From positions 64,001 to 128,000 of the forward strand of contig OZ239628.1 in NCBI GenBank assembly GCA_965195345.1: a DNA stretch of 64,000 bases, given 5' to 3'. The notes below the pieces were generated by a model. The model did not search any database. It was not told where the DNA came from and was given only the letters and a program-made list of their open reading frames with translations. The position numbers and the translations under genes were made by a program. The DNA comes from an uncultured Thiomicrospira sp. GTDB taxonomy: Bacteria > Pseudomonadota > Gammaproteobacteria > CAKMZV01. Positions 51,053 through 60,733 of this stretch are shown here, one piece after another (within the stretch, counting starts at the first letter, position 1; the number at the start of each line of letters is the position of its first letter).

Positions 51053-51327
51053 TGAAACAAATGCCCTGTCCTCTAAATGGTCTGCGCAACATTTCCGAAT
51101 TCAATTATGGTGGTGAAGTAGAAATGATGCCAGACCATACAAAGGTTGATAATAAACAGTGGTCTCAATATGTCTTCTATCATGAAAACCCTTTAGGAAT
51201 AGTGCGTGAATGGTGGTGCCATGCGCCTACCAGCTATTGGTTTATCGCAGAACGTAATACATCAACCGATGAAATAGTAAAAACCTATGACGCTGGTAAG
51301 ATATATGATAAACGCGTTGATTTTTAG
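51052..51327 (+). CDS. mgdB: N-methylglutamate dehydrogenase / sarcosine oxidase delta subunit (SoxD-like)
   Basis: CPLNGLRNISEF.YGG, N..G.VREWWCH.PT.YWF.AERNT..DE. Confidence 0.9.
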   Translation: MKQMPCPLNGLRNISEFNYGGEVEMMPDHTKVDNKQWSQYVFYHENPLGIVREWWCHAPTSYWFIAERNTSTDEIVKTYDAGKIYDKRVDF

Positions 51328-51359
51328 ATCAAAATTCCGATAAAAATAAGAGATTTATT

Positions 51360-54269
51360 TTGAAACAGCAACGATTGAAAGCGCCTTTCGGGACGCTAGT
51401 TAACACCAACAATGCCATTGAATTTACCTTTGAAGGGCGTAGTTATACTGGTTATGAGGGAGATACTATTGCTAGCGCATTGTGGGCAAATGGGCAAAAA
51501 ATGATTTCCCGATCATTTAAGTACCACCGTCCCCGTGGCATTTTAAGTATGACTGGGCAAGATGCAAACACCTTCGTGCAACTCAAGGGGGAAAGCAACG
51601 TTCCAGCGGATACTTACAAACTTTCTAGACATCTTGAAGTGAAGGGACAACACTACATTGGTTCCCTTGAAAAAGATCGTATGGCATTCGCTGGAAAATT
51701 ATCTCGCTTTTTACCTGTCGGCTTTTACTACAAGGCTTTTTACCGTTTCAATTTATGGGAAAAATGGTGGCATAGAATCTTTAGAAAGCTCACTGGACTT
51801 GGTACCATAAACCCTGAAAATATAGGTTCTGCATACGACAAGCAGTATTTGTTCTACGATATTGTTGTTATTGGCGCAGGACTGTCTGGAATGCAAAGTG
51901 CCATTGAAGCTACTAATGGTGGTGCTAAAGTGTTACTTGTTGATGAGAACGTGATGCTTGGTGGTTCACTCAACTATTCGCGCATGGATGCCGAAGGAAC
52001 TGCTGCCCAAAAGTTAAAAACTAATCTTATTGCTCAGGTCACAAACAACAAAAATATCACTGTAATGCTTGATACGGTTTGTAATGCTTTCTATGCCGAT
52101 AACTGGTTAGCGATCATTAAAGACTTGCGCCTCTATAAAACACGTGCAAAACAAATTATTGTAGCTGCGGGAACATTTGAGCAACCACTGGTATTTCACA
52201 ATAATGACCTTCCGGGAATAATGCTTGGTACCGCTGCCCAACGGTTAATGTGGAACTATGGAATAAAGCCCGGAACCAGAGCAGTGATTACAACCACCAA
52301 TAATCGTGGCTATGAAGTTGTTCTTGATTTGCTTGACGCTGGTGTTGAAGTCGCAGCCGTCGTTGATTTACGAACCAACGTTTCAACCGATTCCATTGTG
52401 CAAGCGGTTATTGAAAAAAAGGTGGAAGTTTTACAGAACCATACCGTTTTTAGTGCAAATTCCTCAGAGAACGTTCTTGTTGGCGTTGAAATTCGAGCCA
52501 TTACGGGTAGTGGACAATGTTCTACTGAGCATCAATATATAGACTGCGACTTGCTGTGCATGAGTGGAGGGCACATGCCCGCCTACCAGCTACCATGTCA
52601 TGTTGGGGCGCATCTTAACTACAATGAAAACACCAATCAATTTATTATAGAGAATCTGTCAAAAGCGATCCATTTGACAGGTTCAATGAACGGCGCTAAC
52701 TGCATTGAAGGCAAAATTGAACAAGCAAAGATAGCCGCTTTTCACGCATTATCGGATCTTGGCATGGCTAGTGGAAAGCTCGCAAAAATAAAGCATAGTA
52801 CCCCCATCAGCAATGATTTTGTCCTTCCCATATTCAATCACGATGACGGTAAAGAATTTATAGATTATGACGAAGATTTACAAATAGCCGATATTATTAA
52901 TGCTGTACGCGAGGGCTATGAAGACATTCAATTAGTCAAAAGATTCTCAACGCTCGGAATGGGACCGTCTCAAGGTCGCTATGCTGCTTTTATGAGTGCT
53001 TTACTGGTGGCTAGTTTAGAGGAAAACCGCAGCATAGGTAAAGTAGGTGTAACCACTGCACGTCCTCCATTTGCCGCTGAAAAGCTGGGCCATATGGCAG
53101 GTCGTAGCTTCTTCCCAGAGCGACACAGCAATATGCACTACCGTCATGTTGAAATCAATGCACAACCTCTTATTGCAGGAGCATGGATTCGTCCTGCCTA
53201 TTATGGACCTAAAGGGACATTACAAGAATGCGTCAATAAAGAATGTCTCAACGTGCACAACAATGTTGGTGTCGTTGACGTTTCTACATTAGGCGGGTTA
53301 GAAATTCGTGGACCAGATGCGGCGGAATTTATTAATCGTGTGTACACTTGGAACTTTATAAAACAACCTGTTGGAAAAGCACGCTATGCATTACTTACCA
53401 ATGAAGCAGGAGTTGTAATTGATGACGGTGTTGCTTGCCGATTTAGTGATCAGCACTTTTATGTAACAGCTACTACTGGAGGCGTTGATAATGTGTACCT
53501 GCAATTTTTGCGATGGAATGTTCGCTGGCGTTTAGATGTAGATATTGCTAACGTAACTTCTGCATGGTGCGGGGTAAATATTGCTGGACCAAATTCACGT
53601 AAAGTCCTCGAGAAAATTTGTACAGACGTTGACCTCTCCTCTCAAGCATTTCCTTACGTTGGTGTACGTGAAGGCACCATTGCAGACATGCCTGCTCGCA
53701 TCATTCGTGTTGGTTTCGTTGGGGAACTGGGTTATGAAATTCATGTCCCACAACACTACGGTGAGGCGTTATGGGACGCCGTTATCGAAGCTGGTAAGGA
53801 ATTCGACATAATGCCATTTGGGATTGAAGCTCAGCGCGTATTACGCTTGGAAAAAGGTCATGTGATAATCAGTCAAGATACTGATTCAATGACATACCCT
53901 GAAGAAATAAACATGTCATGGGCAGTAAGTGACACAAAGCCATTCTTTGTAGGTAAACGCTCTATTGACATTGTTAGGGACAATAAGCTCATCCGTAAGT
54001 TGATAGGCTTTGAAATCCCAGATGAAAAAGGCATAAAACCTCAAGAAAACCACTTACTATTTGATCAAAACAACAAATTAATTGGGCGTGTTACCTCTTG
54101 TGCATACTCTGCTTTCCTCAACAAGACTATTGGTCTGGCCTATATTGACCCAACATTTAGTGAAGTAGGTCAAGCCTTTAAAATTCGTTGCGACGGCAAA
54201 CAAAATGCGCAAGCAAAAGTAGTTTCTCTACCCTTTTACGACCCGAACAATCAACGACAAAAAATCTAA
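51360..54269 (+). CDS. mgdC: N-methylglutamate dehydrogenase / sarcosine oxidase alpha subunit (SoxA-like)
   Basis: GDTIASAL.ANG...SRSFKYHRPRG, GAGLSG, GMGPSQGR, TTARPP, DVSTLG, RVGFVGELGYE, LRLEKGH. Confidence 0.92.
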   Translation: MKQQRLKAPFGTLVNTNNAIEFTFEGRSYTGYEGDTIASALWANGQKMISRSFKYHRPRGILSMTGQDANTFVQLKGESNVPADTYKLSRHLEVKGQHYIGSLEKDRMAFAGKLSRFLPVGFYYKAFYRFNLWEKWWHRIFRKLTGLGTINPENIGSAYDKQYLFYDIVVIGAGLSGMQSAIEATNGGAKVLLVDENVMLGGSLNYSRMDAEGTAAQKLKTNLIAQVTNNKNITVMLDTVCNAFYADNWLAIIKDLRLYKTRAKQIIVAAGTFEQPLVFHNNDLPGIMLGTAAQRLMWNYGIKPGTRAVITTTNNRGYEVVLDLLDAGVEVAAVVDLRTNVSTDSIVQAVIEKKVEVLQNHTVFSANSSENVLVGVEIRAITGSGQCSTEHQYIDCDLLCMSGGHMPAYQLPCHVGAHLNYNENTNQFIIENLSKAIHLTGSMNGANCIEGKIEQAKIAAFHALSDLGMASGKLAKIKHSTPISNDFVLPIFNHDDGKEFIDYDEDLQIADIINAVREGYEDIQLVKRFSTLGMGPSQGRYAAFMSALLVASLEENRSIGKVGVTTARPPFAAEKLGHMAGRSFFPERHSNMHYRHVEINAQPLIAGAWIRPAYYGPKGTLQECVNKECLNVHNNVGVVDVSTLGGLEIRGPDAAEFINRVYTWNFIKQPVGKARYALLTNEAGVVIDDGVACRFSDQHFYVTATTGGVDNVYLQFLRWNVRWRLDVDIANVTSAWCGVNIAGPNSRKVLEKICTDVDLSSQAFPYVGVREGTIADMPARIIRVGFVGELGYEIHVPQHYGEALWDAVIEAGKEFDIMPFGIEAQRVLRLEKGHVIISQDTDSMTYPEEINMSWAVSDTKPFFVGKRSIDIVRDNKLIRKLIGFEIPDEKGIKPQENHLLFDQNNKLIGRVTSCAYSAFLNKTIGLAYIDPTFSEVGQAFKIRCDGKQNAQAKVVSLPFYDPNNQRQKI

Positions 54270-54270
54270 C

Positions 54271-54951
54271 ATGCTTGACCCTACAAAATATCCCTTAAGA
54301 AGCCCTCTCTACAGACAGCATATCGAAAAAGACGCTACCTTCTGTGCTCTTGGAGAAACGACGCTGATTGTTGAAAAATTCAGCGAGGACGATACGAGCG
54401 CTTTCAAAAACTTAAGTATCATTGATCTTTCTCCGCTTCCTCGCGTTGGTTTCAAAGGGAAAAACACCCCCGAGTGGCTTCAGCAGCAAGCGATTGAATT
54501 GCCCCCAAATCCTAATGAAGCCATTCGACTAAATGATGGCACTTTAGTTGCTCGTTTATCCAGCAATGAATTTTTGTTTTTAAGCGACATTCAGGCGCAC
54601 GCCGAAACGAATGCAAAATTGCGCCAGTGGACGTTAACGGATAATCAACTTTGCTACATTCTTAATCGTGACCATAGCCACAGCTGGTTTGCCCTTACTG
54701 GACAATTTGCTTGTGCAACGTTATCAAAGGTTTGTGGAATTAATTTTCATGATGACGCCTCCGTTATTGGTTCCCTTGCACAGACTTCAGTTGCACGCAT
54801 AACCAGCATCATCATTAAAGATGAAATAAAAAACACGCCCGTATTTCATATACTAAGCGACAGCGCCAGTGCTGAGTACATGTACGCTTGCTTGCTGGAT
54901 GCAATGGCTGAGTTTTCAGGAAAACCAGCAGGGGTAAGCGTCCTAACCTAA
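54271..54951 (+). CDS. mgdD: N-methylglutamate dehydrogenase / sarcosine oxidase gamma subunit (SoxG-like)
   Basis: DLSPLPRVGFKG, ARL...EF, LSKVCG, AQTSVARI, LLDAMAEF; directly follows the alpha subunit. Confidence 0.85.
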   Translation: MLDPTKYPLRSPLYRQHIEKDATFCALGETTLIVEKFSEDDTSAFKNLSIIDLSPLPRVGFKGKNTPEWLQQQAIELPPNPNEAIRLNDGTLVARLSSNEFLFLSDIQAHAETNAKLRQWTLTDNQLCYILNRDHSHSWFALTGQFACATLSKVCGINFHDDASVIGSLAQTSVARITSIIIKDEIKNTPVFHILSDSASAEYMYACLLDAMAEFSGKPAGVSVLT

Positions 54952-54994
54952 TATTGATTGATATTGATCTCTTAAACGAAACGCTCTTAAACTT

Positions 54995-55990
54995 CTAACC
55001 TGAAGGTTTTTGAGCACGTGCATAGATTCCATTGTGTCCAAAAAAAGTCTCGATATTCTCAAGCTTACTCTCCATCAACCATCTATTAACATCTTCAAGC
55101 GTTTTTGGGTAGTCATGCACAGGAGCGAGCATATCAAAAGTATCGAGTATTGCCCATTGTAATAATAGATCATCGCTAAGGTTGTAAGATCCACGATAGT
55201 CCGCAATCAACATCCTCCAAACAATGCTTTTCCCAAAAGGCAGTTTATTCAGTACACCGCATATTGGCCACATAAAACTAACATAAGCTTTAACAAACTT
55301 ATACAATTTTTCGGGAGAAATTCTTTTTGTCAAAGGTCTAATCATATAGCGCGTGTTGATTAGCCTTTTGTACCAAACTTCTTTTTTATAAACATCAATT
55401 GCAAGATGCCCGGACGGTTTTACAAATTGAGGTAATTGTTGAAATGCCGCTTCAACGTTGGGTGTATGTTGAAGCACTCCCAAACAACAAACCTTATCAA
55501 AATAATCAACATGCAGGGGCATCTTATAAATATCTCCTTGAATAATAAGAAGGTTTTTATGACTACCCAAAGAAGCATAGCATACATCTACTGCCTGACT
55601 ATAATCCATTGAAATGACAAGTGCATTTGTCTTGATAATTTGCTCAGTGAATCGACCCGCACCACAACCTACCTCGAGTACTCTTTCTCCTGAAAGATCA
55701 AAATCCCAGCCAGTAGTCTCATGAAATCTGTCTTTAGTTATCGTTGTATTTGTATAACTATCAAATTGTGTTTTAGCATGAATCTTCCACTGCAAACCAA
55801 AATTATCAGCGTAATTGCTTTCTGGAACAAAACGAGGAATAGAATTAGTTATTAGGTATTTACTACTACAGCTTTGACAAACCAACTCACCAGTAATAAC
55901 ATTTTCATCTTCAACATGTGTTTCATTATATAAACTCAAACTGCCTTTGCATTCTGGGCATGCAAGGATTGATAAATATTTTCTTTCCAT
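54995..55990 (-). CDS. Trm112-like zinc-ribbon fused to a class I SAM-dependent methyltransferase
   Basis: ILACPECKG.L....GELVCQSC...Y.I...IPRF, then VLEVGCGAGRF and GVLQHTP. Confidence 0.82.
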   Translation of the reverse strand: MERKYLSILACPECKGSLSLYNETHVEDENVITGELVCQSCSSKYLITNSIPRFVPESNYADNFGLQWKIHAKTQFDSYTNTTITKDRFHETTGWDFDLSGERVLEVGCGAGRFTEQIIKTNALVISMDYSQAVDVCYASLGSHKNLLIIQGDIYKMPLHVDYFDKVCCLGVLQHTPNVEAAFQQLPQFVKPSGHLAIDVYKKEVWYKRLINTRYMIRPLTKRISPEKLYKFVKAYVSFMWPICGVLNKLPFGKSIVWRMLIADYRGSYNLSDDLLLQWAILDTFDMLAPVHDYPKTLEDVNRWLMESKLENIETFFGHNGIYARAQKPSG

Positions 55991-56292
55991 AAAGTCTCTA
56001 AAAATAAGAAGGATTGGTTAAATATAAGGTTAATCTAATATTAGAGTGCTGTAGGATAACCATTTAAAATCAAAATTGTAACAGAATTATTTTCAGAAAC
56101 ATTCTGTTATCGAATTATTCTAAAAAAATCAATAATCATTTTCTTAGCAAGAGATAAAAACAAGTTGATCTTTGCATGAAAATATATTGGTTTGATCTTG
56201 TTAGAATCTCCAAAAACCAGTCGTTAAAACCGTGTTGATTGATTTATCCTGATTGGATTATTGATGCAATTGTATTTTACATTCGCTGTAAT

Positions 56293-57120
56293 TTACATAG
56301 GTGATAGCGCTCTGGTAGCTCGTGCTGAATTGCCGCTTGGACGATCAAAAGATGTGAAATAACGACCCATATAGTCAGAACACTGCTTATATGAGAAATC
56401 AAATCCGTTGGCTTCTGTCATGTCATCTTCGGAGGAAAGCTCCTTATACAAATCAGTTTCTTTAAACTTATCGAAATAAATTTGAGCCAATTGCTGACCT
56501 GCTGATGAATCACTTTTGTAATGAACGCCCACAATTTCCCTATGTCTGGCTACGTCATTGCTGTACTCTATAAATTGCGCTCTTCTCTCTGGGAAAAACT
56601 CTGCTAGCAATAAAGCCAGCATACGACTATTGGTTGCATGTCCACTCGGATACGCGGGATGCGGTGGATTGGGTAGTGCTGTTTCCAATTTTTCTTCAAG
56701 GAAGCTTGGTCTAACTCGGTCGAAATGGATTTTTGCAAGATAAACGTGATAGTTTAAATCAACAAAAGCACGTTGAATGATTGCATCAATTTTAGGATAT
56801 ACGCCAAACTCAAACCCTGGCATTTCAAAATTACAAAATGGGCGCTGATTTTTTGTGCGTTCAATCTGATTTTGCGTTCTATTGCCTTGCAATACCAATA
56901 AAGTATCTAACTCTTTTCTTGTTTGTATGGAGTCATTTTCACCTGGTTGCGGAATAGCATTTAATTCACTTTCGCTTATTTCAAAAAATGGCTCATACGT
57001 CTCAATAAATTCATAAATTGCACGCCCTAAAGTTTGAGTATTTGTGAATCTTAAATCATTCGTATCCGATAGTGCAAGCGTCGACACTCCCATTAATAAT
57101 AGTACTAAAAACTTTTTCAT
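56293..57120 (-). CDS. Secreted PAP2-family (class A acid phosphatase-like) protein
   Basis: Signal peptide; K.HFDRVRP, YPSGH, REIVGVHYKSD motifs. Confidence 0.85.
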   Translation of the reverse strand: MKKFLVLLLMGVSTLALSDTNDLRFTNTQTLGRAIYEFIETYEPFFEISESELNAIPQPGENDSIQTRKELDTLLVLQGNRTQNQIERTKNQRPFCNFEMPGFEFGVYPKIDAIIQRAFVDLNYHVYLAKIHFDRVRPSFLEEKLETALPNPPHPAYPSGHATNSRMLALLLAEFFPERRAQFIEYSNDVARHREIVGVHYKSDSSAGQQLAQIYFDKFKETDLYKELSSEDDMTEANGFDFSYKQCSDYMGRYFTSFDRPSGNSARATRALSPM

Positions 57121-57318
57121 TTCTTATCATCCATCTTATGTTTTTTAAAGCAATAATCGCCTAAAATTTAGACGTTAGCACTTGTTTTATCCCTCATAAT
57201 TAAAGAGTCACCATCATTTGATTTCCCGATGAATCAACAATATTTTTTTATTCTCAAATAAAAAAAATTGTGTTTTAATTTTACCCCGTAATTTAGCCGA
57301 ACGCGTAGGGGAAAATTT

Positions 57319-58479
57319 ATGATCGCTAACACTCTTGAAAAAATCATGCAGCCGATTAACAAAGCAGGAGGTTTGAGCAACGAGTTCTATGTCAGTGACG
57401 AGCGCTTTAAACAAGAGCGAGATACTGTGTTTGCTCCTAATTGGACCGCCTTAATGTTCACCAGCCAGCTTCCTGCCAATAATCATGCAAAACCTGTTGA
57501 ATTTATGGGTCTACCGCTATTAATCACTAATTACAACGATGAGATTAGCGTTTTTCACAACGTTTGCAGACATCGTGGGCACAAATTAGTAGAAAAAGAA
57601 AAGCCTCTAACCAGCGCAATATCATGCCCTTACCACAGCTGGACATACAAACCCAGTGGAGAGCTTATTGGTACACCTCATATTGGCGGAGTTAATATCC
57701 ATCAAGTAAATGGGTTTGACAAGAAACAATATGGTCTGAAAAAAGTGGCGCATGGAATATTCATGAACGTCCTTTACATTAATTTAAATAATCAAGCCCT
57801 CCCCTTACAGGAATATCTTAAGCCTGTTTATGACCGCTGGCATGAATTCCTCGGGGACGATGGATTGCAAAAAATGCAAAAAGGAGCAACTGGAGGAGAG
57901 TGGTCAATCACCGCTCAAAGTAATTGGAAATTAGCTGTTGAGAATTACTGCGAAGCATATCATCTTCCTTTTGTGCATCCCGAGCTTAATCACTACTCCC
58001 CCATTGACGTGCACTACAACATAGAAATTGGAAACAATTTTTCTGGTCAAGGTACTATGAACTACAGCCCTTCATTAGCAATGGTTGACGGGAAAGAAGC
58101 GACTATGCCCTCCCTAAAAAGTTGGAATACAGAGAAAATGAAATACGGTGAATATCTTTCGTTTTATCCTAATGTTCTAATGGGCATCCAATCAGACCAT
58201 GCCTTTTCCATTATCCTCACACCAATCAGCCCTAAGGAGACACTTGAGCAACTTGAAATATTCTATGTTGGTGACGGTGCTAGTAATGCTAAATACGAGG
58301 CATGCAGACAAGAAACCGTCAACAATTGGGAGTTAGTTTTTAAACAGGACATTCCACCCATTGAAAGCATGCAAAAAGGTCGTGAATCATCGGGTTTTGA
58401 TGGTGGAGTCTTTTCCCCTGCACTCGATGTTGCTACGCATCATTTCCACAAATGGATTGCTTCTCAGTGGATGCGTTAA
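57319..58479 (+). CDS. Rieske non-heme iron oxygenase alpha subunit (choline monooxygenase / quaternary-amine oxygenase-like)
   Basis: Rieske ligands CRHRG...CPYHSW; mononuclear Fe motif NWKLAVENYCEAYHLPFVH; QD...ESMQKG. Confidence 0.88.
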   Translation: MIANTLEKIMQPINKAGGLSNEFYVSDERFKQERDTVFAPNWTALMFTSQLPANNHAKPVEFMGLPLLITNYNDEISVFHNVCRHRGHKLVEKEKPLTSAISCPYHSWTYKPSGELIGTPHIGGVNIHQVNGFDKKQYGLKKVAHGIFMNVLYINLNNQALPLQEYLKPVYDRWHEFLGDDGLQKMQKGATGGEWSITAQSNWKLAVENYCEAYHLPFVHPELNHYSPIDVHYNIEIGNNFSGQGTMNYSPSLAMVDGKEATMPSLKSWNTEKMKYGEYLSFYPNVLMGIQSDHAFSIILTPISPKETLEQLEIFYVGDGASNAKYEACRQETVNNWELVFKQDIPPIESMQKGRESSGFDGGVFSPALDVATHHFHKWIASQWMR

Positions 58480-58486
58480 GGTCTTT

Positions 58487-59578
58487 ATGAATAGTGTCAA
58501 CATCCCAGCAACTATGTCTGCTGTGTTGCTCAAAGGACACGGTGGCTTTGAACAATTAGAATTGTGTAACGATGTGCCCGTGCCCAAAGTTGGTCCCAGT
58601 GAAGTTCTTATACAGGTTAAGGCTGCTGGGATAAACAATACCGATATAAATACACGCATAGGCTGGTACTCTAAATCGGTAAGCAAAGATACGCACTCTA
58701 CAGCCTCTTCAAATTCTGATGATGTCAATAAAAATGATGCAAGCTGGGCAGGGAAATCCTTACAATTTCCTCTTATTCAAGGCGCTGATTGTTGTGGAAT
58801 AATTGTCTCTGTAGGCAACAATGTTTCGAAAAATCGCATCGGTGAAAGAGTATTAGTGCGTCCTATGATGAGAAGCTTTGTTGACGATGAGCCTTGGCAA
58901 TGTTGGACCCTTGGTTCAGAATGTGATGGCAGTTTCGCACAATACATCAAAGCACCTGCTGTTGAAGTTCATAAAATTGAATGCTGCTGGAGTGATGCCG
59001 AATTGGCGACGATACCTTGTGCATATTCCACCGCTGAAAACATGCTCCATCGTGGAAAAGTAGGCGCTGAAACAGTATTCGTTACAGGTGCCTCTGGCGG
59101 TGTAGGATCTGCTGTCGTTCAATTAGCTAAAAGACGGGGGGCAACAATAATTGCCCAAGCCGCCCAAAACAAACACGCGGATTTAGAGCATCTTGGCATT
59201 ACAAAAATCATCGACCGAAATGACAATATCGTTGAAACTTTAGGAGATAGTTCTGTTGATGTAGTAATTGATTTGGTCGCAGGAAGTCAGTGGGGACAAC
59301 TTCTTAAAGTACTCAAGAGAGGTGGTCGATATATTACTGCAGGTGCAATCGCCGGACCACTTGTTGAGCTGGACGTACGAACCCTGTATTTAAAAGATCT
59401 GTCACTTTTAGGTTGTACCTTCCAAGAAGATATCGTTTTTAAAAATCTTATCCAATACATCGAAGCGAGTGAAATTAAGCCACTGCTTGCTAAAACCTAT
59501 CCGTTGAGAGAAATTGTTCAGGCACAAAAAGACTTCATTAATAAAAAATATACAGGCAAATTAGCACTTATTCCTTAA
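58487..59578 (+). CDS. MDR-superfamily (alcohol dehydrogenase/quinone oxidoreductase-like) protein
   Basis: EVLIQVKAAGINNTD, QGADCCG, TGASGGVG, GKLALIP. Start at ATG 58487 is inferred. Confidence 0.85.
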   Translation: MNSVNIPATMSAVLLKGHGGFEQLELCNDVPVPKVGPSEVLIQVKAAGINNTDINTRIGWYSKSVSKDTHSTASSNSDDVNKNDASWAGKSLQFPLIQGADCCGIIVSVGNNVSKNRIGERVLVRPMMRSFVDDEPWQCWTLGSECDGSFAQYIKAPAVEVHKIECCWSDAELATIPCAYSTAENMLHRGKVGAETVFVTGASGGVGSAVVQLAKRRGATIIAQAAQNKHADLEHLGITKIIDRNDNIVETLGDSSVDVVIDLVAGSQWGQLLKVLKRGGRYITAGAIAGPLVELDVRTLYLKDLSLLGCTFQEDIVFKNLIQYIEASEIKPLLAKTYPLREIVQAQKDFINKKYTGKLALIP

Positions 59579-59643
59579 GAGAAGAACATCCATCAAACGC
59601 CTCTTTGCATTTTTAGTCAGAATATTTTTGATAAGTTTATATG

Positions 59644-60546
59644 CTAATAGTCAATGACATTCTTGAAACGCTTATGTGCCCATAAATATTGTTCAGGATA
59701 TTCTCTAATATGGGATTCATACAGATCATAATACCGCTGAGTATCTGCCACGTCGTCCCCACTCGGAAAATTATCTAACGGTTCGAGAAAACGAACTTTA
59801 TAGCGCAACCCCTCTCGATGAAACAATGCGATAACGGCTGCTGCTTTTCCTAATCTGGCAAGGTCTGCCAATGCAGTAGGGGATTTTACAGAATGCCCAA
59901 ACACACGAACATCCCCACTCATTCCTCCTGCATGATATTGATCTGGGGCGTACCATAGATTGCCACCTGTGCGCAAATAACGAATCATCCATCTTAAATT
60001 TTCTTTTGGCTGCACATGATCAAAATACTTCTGTCGTCCTCGCTTCGATACATACTCCATAACGGGATTATTACTTACTCGATAATTGATGCTGACAGGC
60101 ATGTGGAACGTTGCCGCGATGCCTACTAATTCCATAGGCAACATGTGCATGCCCAAAATAACAACCCCTTTCCCTTGAGCATTGGCTTTATGGATTACGT
60201 CAATATTTTCAAAATCTACCCATTGACTGATAACTTGACCTCGAGACCAGCTCAGCATTGATTCAAATAGGAACAATGCCAAATTCTGCCACTGCTTCCG
60301 CTCAATTTCAGCGCGTTCAAAAACCGATTTCTCAGGAAATACAAGTTGCAAATTCTTCTTTATCACAAGGCTTCTGGAATGCACAAATTTCTGCATAAGC
60401 CAGCCTAATCCTTTGGATAAATTGATTTGCCAAGAAAAAGGCAATAAAACCAGCACTCTAAAAAGCCCAAAGAAAACCCAAAAAAGCCACCATTTGGGAT
60501 GGATCAACGAAAGAAAAATTGAAGAAGTACTTGCTATATTAGGCAT
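59644..60546 (-). CDS. lpxL: Lipid A biosynthesis acyltransferase (LpxL/HtrB family)
   Basis: HPKWW N-terminus, H....E catalytic motif (HMLPME), WYAPDQ, PEQYLWAHKRFK. Confidence 0.9.
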   Translation of the reverse strand: MPNIASTSSIFLSLIHPKWWLFWVFFGLFRVLVLLPFSWQINLSKGLGWLMQKFVHSRSLVIKKNLQLVFPEKSVFERAEIERKQWQNLALFLFESMLSWSRGQVISQWVDFENIDVIHKANAQGKGVVILGMHMLPMELVGIAATFHMPVSINYRVSNNPVMEYVSKRGRQKYFDHVQPKENLRWMIRYLRTGGNLWYAPDQYHAGGMSGDVRVFGHSVKSPTALADLARLGKAAAVIALFHREGLRYKVRFLEPLDNFPSGDDVADTQRYYDLYESHIREYPEQYLWAHKRFKNVIDY

Positions 60547-60733
60547 TCGTTGTCAATACAATTTGTACCACAAAAATCACGATGAGTACAAATGCAACAG
60601 CCAAAATGATTCCTGATATAACGAAAGGTATCGCACTTTTCGACGAAAAGTCCTTTACCAGTTTATCTCTTTTTTGGACACCTATAAAAGCTGATAAAAC
60701 ACTTTGCATTATCGAAAATATTTCTTTAATCAT
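60539..60733 (-). CDS. DUF2970-like small membrane protein
   Basis: SVLSAFIGVQ......DF......F..GI....FV pattern; overlaps both neighbours. Confidence 0.75.
   Translation of the reverse strand: MIKEIFSIMQSVLSAFIGVQKRDKLVKDFSSKSAIPFVISGIILAVAFVLIVIFVVQIVLTTNA

Noticed and set aside
56079-56109. 9-bp inverted repeat TAACAGAAT/ATTCTGTTA
   Set aside because: It is short, AT-rich and has no supporting context.
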